From an uncultured Gemmatimonadales bacterium (GTDB lineage Bacteria > Gemmatimonadota > Gemmatimonadetes > Gemmatimonadales > GWC2-71-9), in NCBI GenBank assembly GCA_963821525.1, contig CAWGED010000019.1:704001-768000 (forward strand): a stretch of 64,000 bases of DNA. Reading direction: 5' to 3'. The notes beneath the pieces are model-generated. The model was given only the letters and a program-made list of their open reading frames with translations. It had not been told where the DNA came from and searched no databases. A program made the translations under genes and the position numbers. Below are positions 43,531 to 51,669 of this stretch, piece by piece (positions within the stretch are counted from its first letter, which is position 1; every line of letters begins with the position of its first letter).

Positions 43531-43941
43531 ATGGAGCGACCGCTCGGTGTAACGATCCTCGCGGTTGTGGCGCTTATCTCGGGCGCGCTGGGAGTGTTGA
43601 AGGGACTGGTGGCGCTGGGACTGGGCGGGGTTGCCGCGAGCTGGATGGCGACCACCTATCCCGTGGCCGGTGCGGTGGTAGGAGTGCTCGCCGTCACCTA
43701 CGGCGTCGTGGCCCTGATCCTCGCGTGCTTCTCGCTTGGCTTCGGCTTCGGCGCCTGGAATCTCAAGTCGTGGGCTTGGACGCTTGGTGTCGGCACCGAG
43801 GTCGCAACGCTCATCTGGGCCTGCCTGATCGCCATCGGCCCCGGCACCCTGCGTGGTCAGATGTGGACCATCGTTCTGGCCGGGGCGATTCTCTACTACC
43901 TGACGAGACCTGATATCAAGAGCGCCTTCGGCCGGGTCTAA
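43531..43941 (+). CDS. Small integral membrane protein
   Basis: MERPLGVTILA, four hydrophobic segments, YYLTRPDIKSAF; RBS ggaggg. Confidence 0.75.
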   Translation: MERPLGVTILAVVALISGALGVLKGLVALGLGGVAASWMATTYPVAGAVVGVLAVTYGVVALILACFSLGFGFGAWNLKSWAWTLGVGTEVATLIWACLIAIGPGTLRGQMWTIVLAGAILYYLTRPDIKSAFGRV

Positions 43942-44687
43942 GGCGCGGGAACCGCCTCTTCGGCGCAGCCCTTGAGCTTCTCGCCATCCACCGTGGCGGT
44001 TGCCTTGAGGTTGAAATACTCCCCCGACATTCCGTCAGCACAGCCCACGTCCTCCAGCCGCAGCGACATGCGGTGGACCTCGTCGGCAGTCGCCGTGCTC
44101 CATAGCTGAGCCTTGTCTTCGATACTGGGAGCGGCACCCTTGAAGACGACACCCGGCCCTTCCGGCCGTTTGAGCACGAGAGAATCGGGATAGACCATGA
44201 CGGCCCAGAACGGCTCGTTGCCGTGGGCCTTGACCTGCCAGGCCGGTTGGGGCACATGACACCCACCACCCTCGCCCGGACGGGCTGCTCTCAGGATTCG
44301 GGTCATCCGCAAGGCATCGCGGTAACGGGCATTGGGTCCCAGGGCAGGCGAGCGAACGTCAATCGCACGGACCACGAGGTAGATCCGCTCTCCCGCGGCG
44401 GCGCCGAGGCCGGCGGAGGCCCGCTTGAGCTCTCCGTTGGTCTGGTCGATGACTGGGCGGGCGAGATCCTCATCGCAGCCCACGAACGTGGTGTCCGCTC
44501 CCTGAACCGCGAGCAGGCCTCGCGCGATCGTACCCACACCCTGAGGAACCGCGGCCGAGGTATCGACGGCTTGGCCGTCGACCGGTGGTGGTTCCTTTCG
44601 GGCATCACATCCCGCCAGCACTGCAACGATCAGGCACCATCCGCAGGTCCGGACCAAGGCCATCCTCCGCTGGAGTGGATCCTTCAT
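43938..44687 (-). CDS. Lipoprotein, COG3650-like (GNEPFW motif); start uncertain
   Basis: Lipobox VLAGC, HGNEPFW, CADGMSG, LKGCA. Confidence 0.75.
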   Translation of the reverse strand: MKDPLQRRMALVRTCGWCLIVAVLAGCDARKEPPPVDGQAVDTSAAVPQGVGTIARGLLAVQGADTTFVGCDEDLARPVIDQTNGELKRASAGLGAAAGERIYLVVRAIDVRSPALGPNARYRDALRMTRILRAARPGEGGGCHVPQPAWQVKAHGNEPFWAVMVYPDSLVLKRPEGPGVVFKGAAPSIEDKAQLWSTATADEVHRMSLRLEDVGCADGMSGEYFNLKATATVDGEKLKGCAEEAVPAP

Positions 44688-44788
44688 TGTATGAAGCACC
44701 GCCGCTTCGGGCCAGAGCGCTTGCCCACTTGTGGCGGACAGGGCGAATTCCTAGCTTCCCGTGCATGAATGGAACTTTGGAGTTGCCC

Positions 44789-44845
44789 ATGTGCCGCAAG
44801 ACCATCACGGCCACCCTCACCCACGGCGAGGGACGGTTGGTCTAG
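44789..44845 (+). CDS. Putative leader peptide MCRKTITATLTHGEGRLV (thrL-like)
   Basis: RBS GGAG at 44779-44782; four Thr plus Ile and Lys in codons 4-11; followed by antiterminator and terminator. Confidence 0.75.
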   Translation: MCRKTITATLTHGEGRLV

Positions 44846-44871
44846 CGCACTGTTCTACCCCAGGACCACCG

Positions 44872-44903
44872 ACCCGCCGTACAATTAGTCCGGCGGGTTT
44901 TTT
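44872..44903 (+). terminator. Attenuator terminator
   Basis: acccgccg / cggcgggt 8-bp stem, 11-nt loop, T-run; 26 nt before the operon's first GTG. Confidence 0.88.
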
Positions 44904-44929
44904 CATGACTTTGACCCTGTGAGAGGGTT

Positions 44930-45943
44930 GTGGTTGATACCATTGAGCTGACGAGGGAATTGGTAAGCCTCGAGACGCCTTCCGGCAATGAAGGTCCAGC
45001 CGTACGGCTGCTGGCGGACCTGCTGGCCAGCATGGGGTACAATGTCGCGCGGCAGCCGGTCTCTCCCGGACGGGAGAACCTGTACGCATACCTGGAACCA
45101 CCGGAGCTGGTTTTCAGTACCCACCTGGACTGCGTTCCCCCCTATGTGGCGCTTCGGGAGGACGAAACCCACCTGCACGGGCGAGGCACCTGCGACGCCA
45201 AGGGCCTGGCGGCTGCAATGGTGAGCGCAGCCGAAAAGCTCGCCTCGAAAGGGGAGCGACGAATCGGGTTGCTGTTCGTCGTGGGAGAGGAGAACGGCTC
45301 CGATGGGGCACGAGTCGCCGCCGCGCTCGAACCGAAGGGTCGGTTCATCGTGAACGGAGAGCCGACCGAGAACCGGCTGAGCATGGGGCAGAAGGGATCG
45401 CTGAAAATGGTGATCGAGTGCGAGGGAAGGCCCGCGCATTCCGCCTACCCCCAGGACGGCCGATCAGCCATTCTGCCGTTGCTGGACGCGCTGGACCGGC
45501 TGCGGAACTTCAAGCTTCCCAGCGACCCGATGTTGGGCCACGGGACTCTGAACATCGGGGTGCTCGAGGGCGGAGTCGCGCCGAATGTGATCCCGCCCAA
45601 GGCGCGCGCGGAGATCCTGGTGCGCACCGTCGGCCCCACGACTGAGCTCCAGAAGGAACTCGCGGCGTGTGCCGGGTCGGAGGTTCAGGTGAGCTTTCCG
45701 GTCGAGCTGCCCTACTACAAAAACACCGCGGCCGCTCCGAAGGGGTGGGAAACCACCGTTGTGGGCTATGCGAGCGACCTGCCGTTTCACGCCAGCTGGG
45801 GCGCCGGCTATCAGCTCGGCCCGGGCACGATCAGAGTGGCGCACACCGCAGAGGAACGGATCTCCAAGGCGGAACTGCTGCGAGGGGTCGAGCTTTACGT
45901 GAAGCTGGCAGAGGACCTGATAGGCCAGGGTTCGGAGGAATGA
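44930..45943 (+). CDS. M20 metallo-hydrolase (ArgE/DapE-like)
   Basis: STHLDCVP, GRGTCDAKG, VGEE, GEPT, AHSA, NVIP, AHT; first gene of the dap operon. Confidence 0.9.
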   Translation: MVDTIELTRELVSLETPSGNEGPAVRLLADLLASMGYNVARQPVSPGRENLYAYLEPPELVFSTHLDCVPPYVALREDETHLHGRGTCDAKGLAAAMVSAAEKLASKGERRIGLLFVVGEENGSDGARVAAALEPKGRFIVNGEPTENRLSMGQKGSLKMVIECEGRPAHSAYPQDGRSAILPLLDALDRLRNFKLPSDPMLGHGTLNIGVLEGGVAPNVIPPKARAEILVRTVGPTTELQKELAACAGSEVQVSFPVELPYYKNTAAAPKGWETTVVGYASDLPFHASWGAGYQLGPGTIRVAHTAEERISKAELLRGVELYVKLAEDLIGQGSEE

Positions 45944-46991
45944 TGGACAGGATTCCTGTCTCCATCCTGGGCGCCACCGGTACCGTCGGGCAGAAGTTCG
46001 TGAAGCTGCTCGACGGGCATCCCTGGTTCGAGATCGTCGCTCTAGCAGCGTCGGAACAGAGCGCTGGAAAGCCCTACGGCGAAGTTGTCCGCTGGAGGGA
46101 GAGCACTCCAATACCGGAGTCGGTCGCCGGGCTGGTGATACAACGGAGCGAGCCGCCACTGCCCGGTCGCATCGTGTTCTCGGCGCTCGACGCCGATATC
46201 GCGGGGCCGTTGGAGCAGGCATTCGCCCAAGGCGGTGCCTTCGTCGTCACCAATACCCGCATCCACCGCATGGCGGCGGATGTGCCGCTCCTGGTGCCCG
46301 AGGTAAACCCGGGTCATCTGTCGCTGCTCGAGCGCCAGCAGAAGGAGCGGGGGTGGAAAGGTGGCATCGTCGCGAACCCAAACTGCTCGACGGCCGGACT
46401 CGTGATGGCGCTGGCACCACTCCACGTCGCGTTCCGGCTTGAAAAGCTCTTCGTCGCGACCATGCAGGCATCATCCGGAGCGGGGTACCCCGGCGTTCCC
46501 TCGCTCGACCTGCTGGGCAACGTGATCCCGTTTATCGCGGCGAAGAGGAAAAGATCGAGGCGGAAACCCGCAAGATCCTCGGCGACCTTGCTGGTTCCGC
46601 GGTAGAGCCGGCCGCCATCGCGGTGAGCGCGCATACCAATCGCGTTGCGGTAGTTGACGGCCACACCGAAGTGGTGTCCGCCGGTTTCGCGCGGAGAGTG
46701 AGACCGGCCGAGGCCCTGGAGGTGTACCGGAACTTCGAGACTCCGGCTGCGGTGGCGAATCTCCCGTCTACTCCCGCTCGTCCGATCGAAGTGGACTCTC
46801 GGCCCGACCGTCCCCAGCCTCGATTGGACGTGGATCGGGGAACCGGCATGAGCGTGACAATCGGGCGGATTCGTCCCTGTCCGCTGCTCGACCTTCGCCT
46901 GGTCCTGCTGAGTCATAACACTGTTCGCGGAGCGGCAGGGGCGGCGATTCAGAATGCGGAGTTGTTGGTGGCTGAGGGGTATGTGAAGTAG
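45940..46991 (+). CDS. asd: Aspartate-semialdehyde dehydrogenase, archaeal/fungal-like type (frameshift near 46540)
   Basis: LGATGTVGQ, VPEVN, NPNCST, QASSGAGYPG, RPQPRLD, HNTVRGAAG. Confidence 0.95.
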
Positions 46992-46992
46992 C

Positions 46993-47122
46993 GGTCGATG
47001 GTCGATGGTCAATGGATCTAGGGTCTTTGGTCTGAAACTTGGCGGAGCGGTGATTCAGCGGCTACATCGACTATCGACTATCGACCATCGACTATCGACT
47101 CATCGACTATAGACCATCGACC
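46993..47122. repeat. Inverted short-tandem-repeat element H (unit GTCGATG/GACTATC; same family as C)
   Basis: ggtcgatggtcgatggtcaatgg ... catcgactatcgactatcgaccatcgactatcgactcatcgactatagaccatcgacc. Confidence 0.88.
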
Positions 47123-47129
47123 ACGCAAG

Positions 47130-47825
47130 ATGCGACTCGCCCTCATCGGCTACGGCAAGATGGGCCACGCGCTCGCGGCGCTCGCTATCGAGCGGGGACA
47201 CGAGGTCTGCACCATCGTTCGGGGTGAGGAGAATCCTGAGGGTGCAGCGCTCACGGGAGACCGGCTCGGCGGTGCGGAAGTAGCGCTGGAGTTCACGAGA
47301 CCGGAAGCGGCACCGGGGAATCTGATGCGGATGGCGAGGCTCGGCCTGCCGACGGTGAGCGGTACCACCGGTTGGTCATCCAGCCTTCCCGCCATCGAGC
47401 GCGAGGTGAATGCGAACGGCGGGGCGTTGCTGCATAGTCCAAACTTCTCGGTGGGCGTCCATCTCTTTCTCCGCGCGGCGGCGGATCTCGCCCGACAGTT
47501 CCGAGGCCGCGATTTCGACGGGTCCATCCTGGAGCAGCATCACGCCGCCAAGCGGGATGCTCCATCAGGAACGGCGCTGCAGCTGCAGGCCGCGGTGAGC
47601 GCCGCGGATCCCGACCGGCCCTTCCCGATCAGCTCGGTGCGCGCGGGATTCTCGCCGGGTATCCATCTGCTGGCCTATGATTCTCCCTTCGAGGTGATTC
47701 GGCTCGAGCACACGGCCCGGAGCCGTCAGAGCTTTGCCGCGGGAGCACTGTTGGCGGCGGAATGGCTGCAGGGACGCAAGGGGGTATACACCTTCGACGA
47801 AATGCTTTTCGGAGGGAAACGATGA
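47130..47825 (+). CDS. dapB: 4-hydroxy-tetrahydrodipicolinate reductase
   Basis: GYGKMG, GTTGW, PNFSVG, EQHHAAKRDAPSGTA, FAAGALLAA. Confidence 0.95.
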   Translation: MRLALIGYGKMGHALAALAIERGHEVCTIVRGEENPEGAALTGDRLGGAEVALEFTRPEAAPGNLMRMARLGLPTVSGTTGWSSSLPAIEREVNANGGALLHSPNFSVGVHLFLRAAADLARQFRGRDFDGSILEQHHAAKRDAPSGTALQLQAAVSAADPDRPFPISSVRAGFSPGIHLLAYDSPFEVIRLEHTARSRQSFAAGALLAAEWLQGRKGVYTFDEMLFGGKR

Positions 47826-48721
47826 GCGGACTCGCCGGGTGTGGGACCGCGCTGGTGACACCGTTCACCGCGAACGGTGCGGTGGACGAACCCGCGTTGC
47901 GCGGTCTGGTGGAGTGGCAGATCGAGAGCGGGATCGACTTCCTGGTGCCCTGCGGCAGCACCGGTGAAGCGCAGACGCTCTCTGCCGCGGAACGGGAGCG
48001 GGTCGTCTCTCTCGTGGTCGAGACCGCCAAGGGCCGCGTTCCCGTCATGGCAGGCGCCTCCCACAACGACACGCGCCAGGCGGTCGAAGAAGCCCGCAGG
48101 ATGAGCGGCCTCGGGGTGCAGTGGCTGCTGGTCGCGACACCGTACTACAACAAGCCGACGCCGGAAGGCCTGTACCGGCACTTCGTCGCCGTCGCCGACG
48201 CTTCAGCGGTACCCATCTGTCTCTACAATGTCCCGGGCCGGACGGCGGTGAATCTCAAACCGGAAACTGCTCTGCGGCTGGCCCAGCACGGGAACGTGGC
48301 AGGGATCAAGGAATCGAGTGGAGACCTGGCTCAGGCCCAGCACATTCTCGCGGGACGTTTGGAAGGTTTCGCGGTCCTCTCCGGCGAAGACTGGATGACG
48401 CTCGCCATCATGGCCGCCGGAGGAGATGGGCTCATTTCGGTGGCATCGAACGAGATCCCCCATCACATGCGGGCGATGGTGCACATGGTCGGGCAGGGAA
48501 ACCTCGAGGAAGCTCGCCAGCTCCTCTATCGGGTCCTGCCGCTGATCGAGGCCAACTTTCTGGAAACCAATCCCGCCCCGGTGAAGGCCGCACTCGCCGC
48601 GATGGGTCTGATCAAGGATGTGCTGCGTCTCCCTCTGGTGCCGCTTTCGGAGTCCCGTCGAGGCCCGCTGCTGCAGGCACTCAAGGCCGCCGGCGTGAAC
48701 CTGCCGGGCCATGAAGCCTGA
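47822..48721 (+). CDS. dapA: 4-hydroxy-tetrahydrodipicolinate synthase
   Basis: TALVTPF, GSTGE, PYYNKP, LYNVPGRT, GIKESSG, ETNPAPVK. Confidence 0.95.
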   Translation: MSGLAGCGTALVTPFTANGAVDEPALRGLVEWQIESGIDFLVPCGSTGEAQTLSAAERERVVSLVVETAKGRVPVMAGASHNDTRQAVEEARRMSGLGVQWLLVATPYYNKPTPEGLYRHFVAVADASAVPICLYNVPGRTAVNLKPETALRLAQHGNVAGIKESSGDLAQAQHILAGRLEGFAVLSGEDWMTLAIMAAGGDGLISVASNEIPHHMRAMVHMVGQGNLEEARQLLYRVLPLIEANFLETNPAPVKAALAAMGLIKDVLRLPLVPLSESRRGPLLQALKAAGVNLPGHEA

Positions 48722-49562
48722 TCATTTCACCGATCTCCAGAACATCATCGAGCGGTTTGCCCACGGGGTCCCCGCCGGGGAAGACGCGGCCGCACGTACC
48801 GCCTTCGACCGGCTGAAAGCGGGCCTCAACGCCGGCACTATTCGCGCGGCCGAACGTGACGCGCAAGGCAACTGGCAGGTCAATCAATGGGTCAAGGCGG
48901 GGATTCTCCTCGGCTTCCGGCTGGGGAAGGTCGTGCCCGTCGCCTCAGACGGTCCAATCCCGTTCTTTGACAAGGACACCTACCCTGTTCAGCGGCTGAC
49001 GGTGGACGCGGGCGTGAGGGTAGTCCCTGGTGGTTCAGCCATTCGCGACGGGTGTTACCTGGGGCGTGGCGTGGTCTGCATGCCACCCATGTACGTGAAC
49101 GTTGGAGCGTACGTGGATGAAGAGACCATGATTGACTCGCACGCCCTGGTCGGCTCCTGCGCCCAAGTGGGCAAACGGGTCCATCTCTCGGCGGGAGCCC
49201 AGCTGGGAGGAGTATTGGAGCCGGTCGGCGCACTGCCGGTGATTATCGAAGACGACGTCATGGTAGGTGGCAACTGCGGGGTCTACGAAGGCACCATCGT
49301 TCGCGAAGGGGCGGTGCTCGGTGCCGGCACCATCCTCACCGCTTCGATGCTCCTCTACGACCTGGTGCGGGACCGTATTTATCGCCGAGAGGGAGACCGG
49401 CCACTCGAAGTTCCGGCAGGGGCGGTTGTTGTGCCTGGCAGCCGGGCGCTGCTGTCGGGCGCGGGATTGCGGCAGGGCCTGCAGCTCTACGCGCCGGTCA
49501 TCGTCAAATACCGGGACGAAAAGACCGATCTCTCGACTCGACTGGAGGAGCTACTGCGCTAA
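48711..49562 (+). CDS. dapD: Tetrahydrodipicolinate N-succinyltransferase
   Basis: WVKAGILLGF, RVVPGG, VNVGAYVD, VGSCAQVG, GGVLEP. Confidence 0.95.
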   Translation: MKPDHFTDLQNIIERFAHGVPAGEDAAARTAFDRLKAGLNAGTIRAAERDAQGNWQVNQWVKAGILLGFRLGKVVPVASDGPIPFFDKDTYPVQRLTVDAGVRVVPGGSAIRDGCYLGRGVVCMPPMYVNVGAYVDEETMIDSHALVGSCAQVGKRVHLSAGAQLGGVLEPVGALPVIIEDDVMVGGNCGVYEGTIVREGAVLGAGTILTASMLLYDLVRDRIYRREGDRPLEVPAGAVVVPGSRALLSGAGLRQGLQLYAPVIVKYRDEKTDLSTRLEELLR

Positions 49563-49568
49563 ACCGTG

Positions 49569-49597
49569 TTGCGCCTCGAACCGGGCGCCCATATGAT
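49569..49597 (+). promoter_or_regulatory. Sigma70-type promoter (TTGCGC-N17-TATGAT)
   Basis: Upstream of RBS aggag and ATG 49627. Confidence 0.5.
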
Positions 49598-49626
49598 AGA
49601 CCCGCTTCCCGATCCGCAGGAGCCAC

Positions 49627-50940
49627 ATGTCAGTCTCGCGCGTCGTTGCCGCCCTTCTCGTCGGCGGCCTGGCCGCCCTGCCGCTCCAGGCCCAGAGCGA
49701 TGGTGGGCTCCGCGGCCTGATCCCCGATCTGTTTTCGTTCGGCGACTGCGGCGAGCCGCTCTGCCTCAATTCCGGCGTGAATGCCGCCACCGGGCATGGC
49801 AGCCACTACATCGGCTCGACCGTGCAGGGCACCGACAACCTGATCGGATTCCTGTCCGGCGCCATCGCGGCCGCCGTGTCGAGTGTCCCGGTCAGCACTG
49901 CTACCAGTGCTGTGGCCTTCCGGTTCGAGGGCGGCCGGCCGGTTCGCGAGGTTCGTTCCGGTGGGCCCATCTTCGGCGAGCGAGTACAGACTCTCGGGAA
50001 GGGACGGCTCCTGCTTGGGGTGAACCTGACAGCCGTCGATTTCACCTCGGTCCGCGGAGTGCCGCTGGACAACGTCGCCTTCAACTTCACCCACCAGAAC
50101 ACCGTGGGCTTTAACCAGCCTCTCGACTCCGCCCTGGGGAGCCCGGCGTTCGAGAACGACGTCATCTCGGTCAACACCTCGATCGACCTCAACCTGCAGA
50201 TGGCGCTGCTGTTCCTGACCTACGGACTGACCGACCGAATCGACATCGGTGTCGAGCTGCCCCTGGTCCACTCTGATCTGAGCGGCGGCAGTATTGCCCG
50301 CGTGGTGCCATTCACCAACCCGACGCCCCACTTCTTCGGTACCGCGGCGAATCCCTCGCTCAATGCCGGATCATCCATCGACGGAACGGCGACTGGAATC
50401 GGAGACGTAGGCGCACGGGTCAAGGTGAACCTGGGAGGCAGCGACCGGGGCGCCTTCGGCTTCCTGGCCGACGTCAGGTTCCCGACCGGGAACGAGGAGG
50501 ATTTCCAGGGGTCCGGCGAATACGCCGTGCGCGGACTGTTCATCGTCTCGGGAAGATTCGGTAATTTCTCACCGCACCTTAATGGCGGCTACCTCTGGCG
50601 CTCGGGGGAATCCCTCACCGATGCCGTCCTGGTCACCGGCGGCTTCGATCACCTGATGGCGCCCTGGGCCACGATCGCGGTTGACGTGATAACCCAATGG
50701 CAGGTGGGCACCAGTCCGCTGGTTCTCCCCGGCACCGTCACCTTCACGGTACCCAACCTGCGGCACGTCGAACCCACCAACATTCCTGACCGGCGGGACG
50801 ATCTGATCGATGGCTCTCTGGGATTCAAGTTCCTGGTGGGGAACGCTCTGACGCTGGTCACCAACGTGCTGGTGCCACTCAATAGCGGCGGAATGCGGGC
50901 CAATTGGGCTGGAACGATCGGACTCGAGCGGACCTTCTAG
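49627..50940 (+). CDS. Exported / outer-membrane beta-barrel protein (MetA-pathway transporter-like)
   Basis: Signal peptide; YGLTDRIDIGVELP, GIGDVGARVK, RFPTG; terminal F. Confidence 0.7.
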   Translation: MSVSRVVAALLVGGLAALPLQAQSDGGLRGLIPDLFSFGDCGEPLCLNSGVNAATGHGSHYIGSTVQGTDNLIGFLSGAIAAAVSSVPVSTATSAVAFRFEGGRPVREVRSGGPIFGERVQTLGKGRLLLGVNLTAVDFTSVRGVPLDNVAFNFTHQNTVGFNQPLDSALGSPAFENDVISVNTSIDLNLQMALLFLTYGLTDRIDIGVELPLVHSDLSGGSIARVVPFTNPTPHFFGTAANPSLNAGSSIDGTATGIGDVGARVKVNLGGSDRGAFGFLADVRFPTGNEEDFQGSGEYAVRGLFIVSGRFGNFSPHLNGGYLWRSGESLTDAVLVTGGFDHLMAPWATIAVDVITQWQVGTSPLVLPGTVTFTVPNLRHVEPTNIPDRRDDLIDGSLGFKFLVGNALTLVTNVLVPLNSGGMRANWAGTIGLERTF

Positions 50941-50941
50941 A

Positions 50942-51589
50942 TCAGTTGTTGAGAGCACCCTCCTGGATCCACAACGCGATGAGGTCGTAGTTCCCCGGCT
51001 CCAGCTGCACAAAGGGGGTACCGGGCGGCATGGGACGAACGGGAGGGACGCCGTGTAGTCGCTCGAGCAACAGTCCGGTCGTCGTGTCACCCGGTACAAG
51101 ATATTTGCCGCTGGTTACCAGCGAGGCATAGCTCTCCGCCGCACTGGTCATAAGCGGAGCCAGTCCCCCTGTCACGTGACAGAACGCCTGGGCACAGGAA
51201 GTCTCCAGGATCGGCTGGACCTGTTTCGAAAGAGTCGAGCTGGTCACCACCAGCACTATTCCGTCTCCCTTGAGACCCGCAGCAGTCGCCGTGATCGTGG
51301 CCGTGCCTACCGCGATACCCGAGATGTTCCCATCCGCGTCCACCGTGGCGATGGCGTCGTCGTCCGATACCCAAGTCACATTGTGACCGCTCAGCAGGTT
51401 CCCATCCTTGTCATAAATCAGGGCGACCAGGTGTAGCTGCCGCGCCAGCAACACCGAGGTGGTGTCCGGTGATACCACCACAGTCGCAGGCGGCCCGGGA
51501 CAATTGGGGCAATCATCGCTGCACGCCGAACCGATGAGGCCGGTGATCAGAACGGCGCCAACGAGGCGCAGGATGACGGGGCTTCGCAT
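50942..51589 (-). CDS. Lipoprotein with Big_2 Ig domain and C-terminal cytochrome-c-like domain
   Basis: Lipobox GSAC, TWVSDDDAIATVDADG, VQPILETSCAQAFCH...MPP...IALWIQEGA. Confidence 0.75.
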   Translation of the reverse strand: MRSPVILRLVGAVLITGLIGSACSDDCPNCPGPPATVVVSPDTTSVLLARQLHLVALIYDKDGNLLSGHNVTWVSDDDAIATVDADGNISGIAVGTATITATAAGLKGDGIVLVVTSSTLSKQVQPILETSCAQAFCHVTGGLAPLMTSAAESYASLVTSGKYLVPGDTTTGLLLERLHGVPPVRPMPPGTPFVQLEPGNYDLIALWIQEGALNN

Positions 51590-51615
51590 GCAGGTTCCTG
51601 GGGGAGACCCGAGCC

Positions 51616-51643
51616 AATGTAGGTCCGCAGGGCGGCTTGTCAA
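51616..51643 (-). promoter_or_regulatory. Sigma70-type promoter (TTGACA-N16-TACATT)
   Basis: Consensus -35 on the minus strand upstream of ATG 51589. Confidence 0.6.
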
Positions 51644-51669
51644 ACGACGGGAACTTCTGTTCCTGAGTG

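Noticed and set aside
44700..44930. Lysine riboswitch or T-box upstream of the dap operon
   Set aside because: The leader is too short and lacks recognisable L-box or T-box motifs; the leader-peptide attenuator explains the structure.
45940..46991. Programmed frameshifting or pseudogene status for asd and other split genes
   Set aside because: No consistent slippery sites, and the breaks are too numerous and random; sequencing error is more likely.
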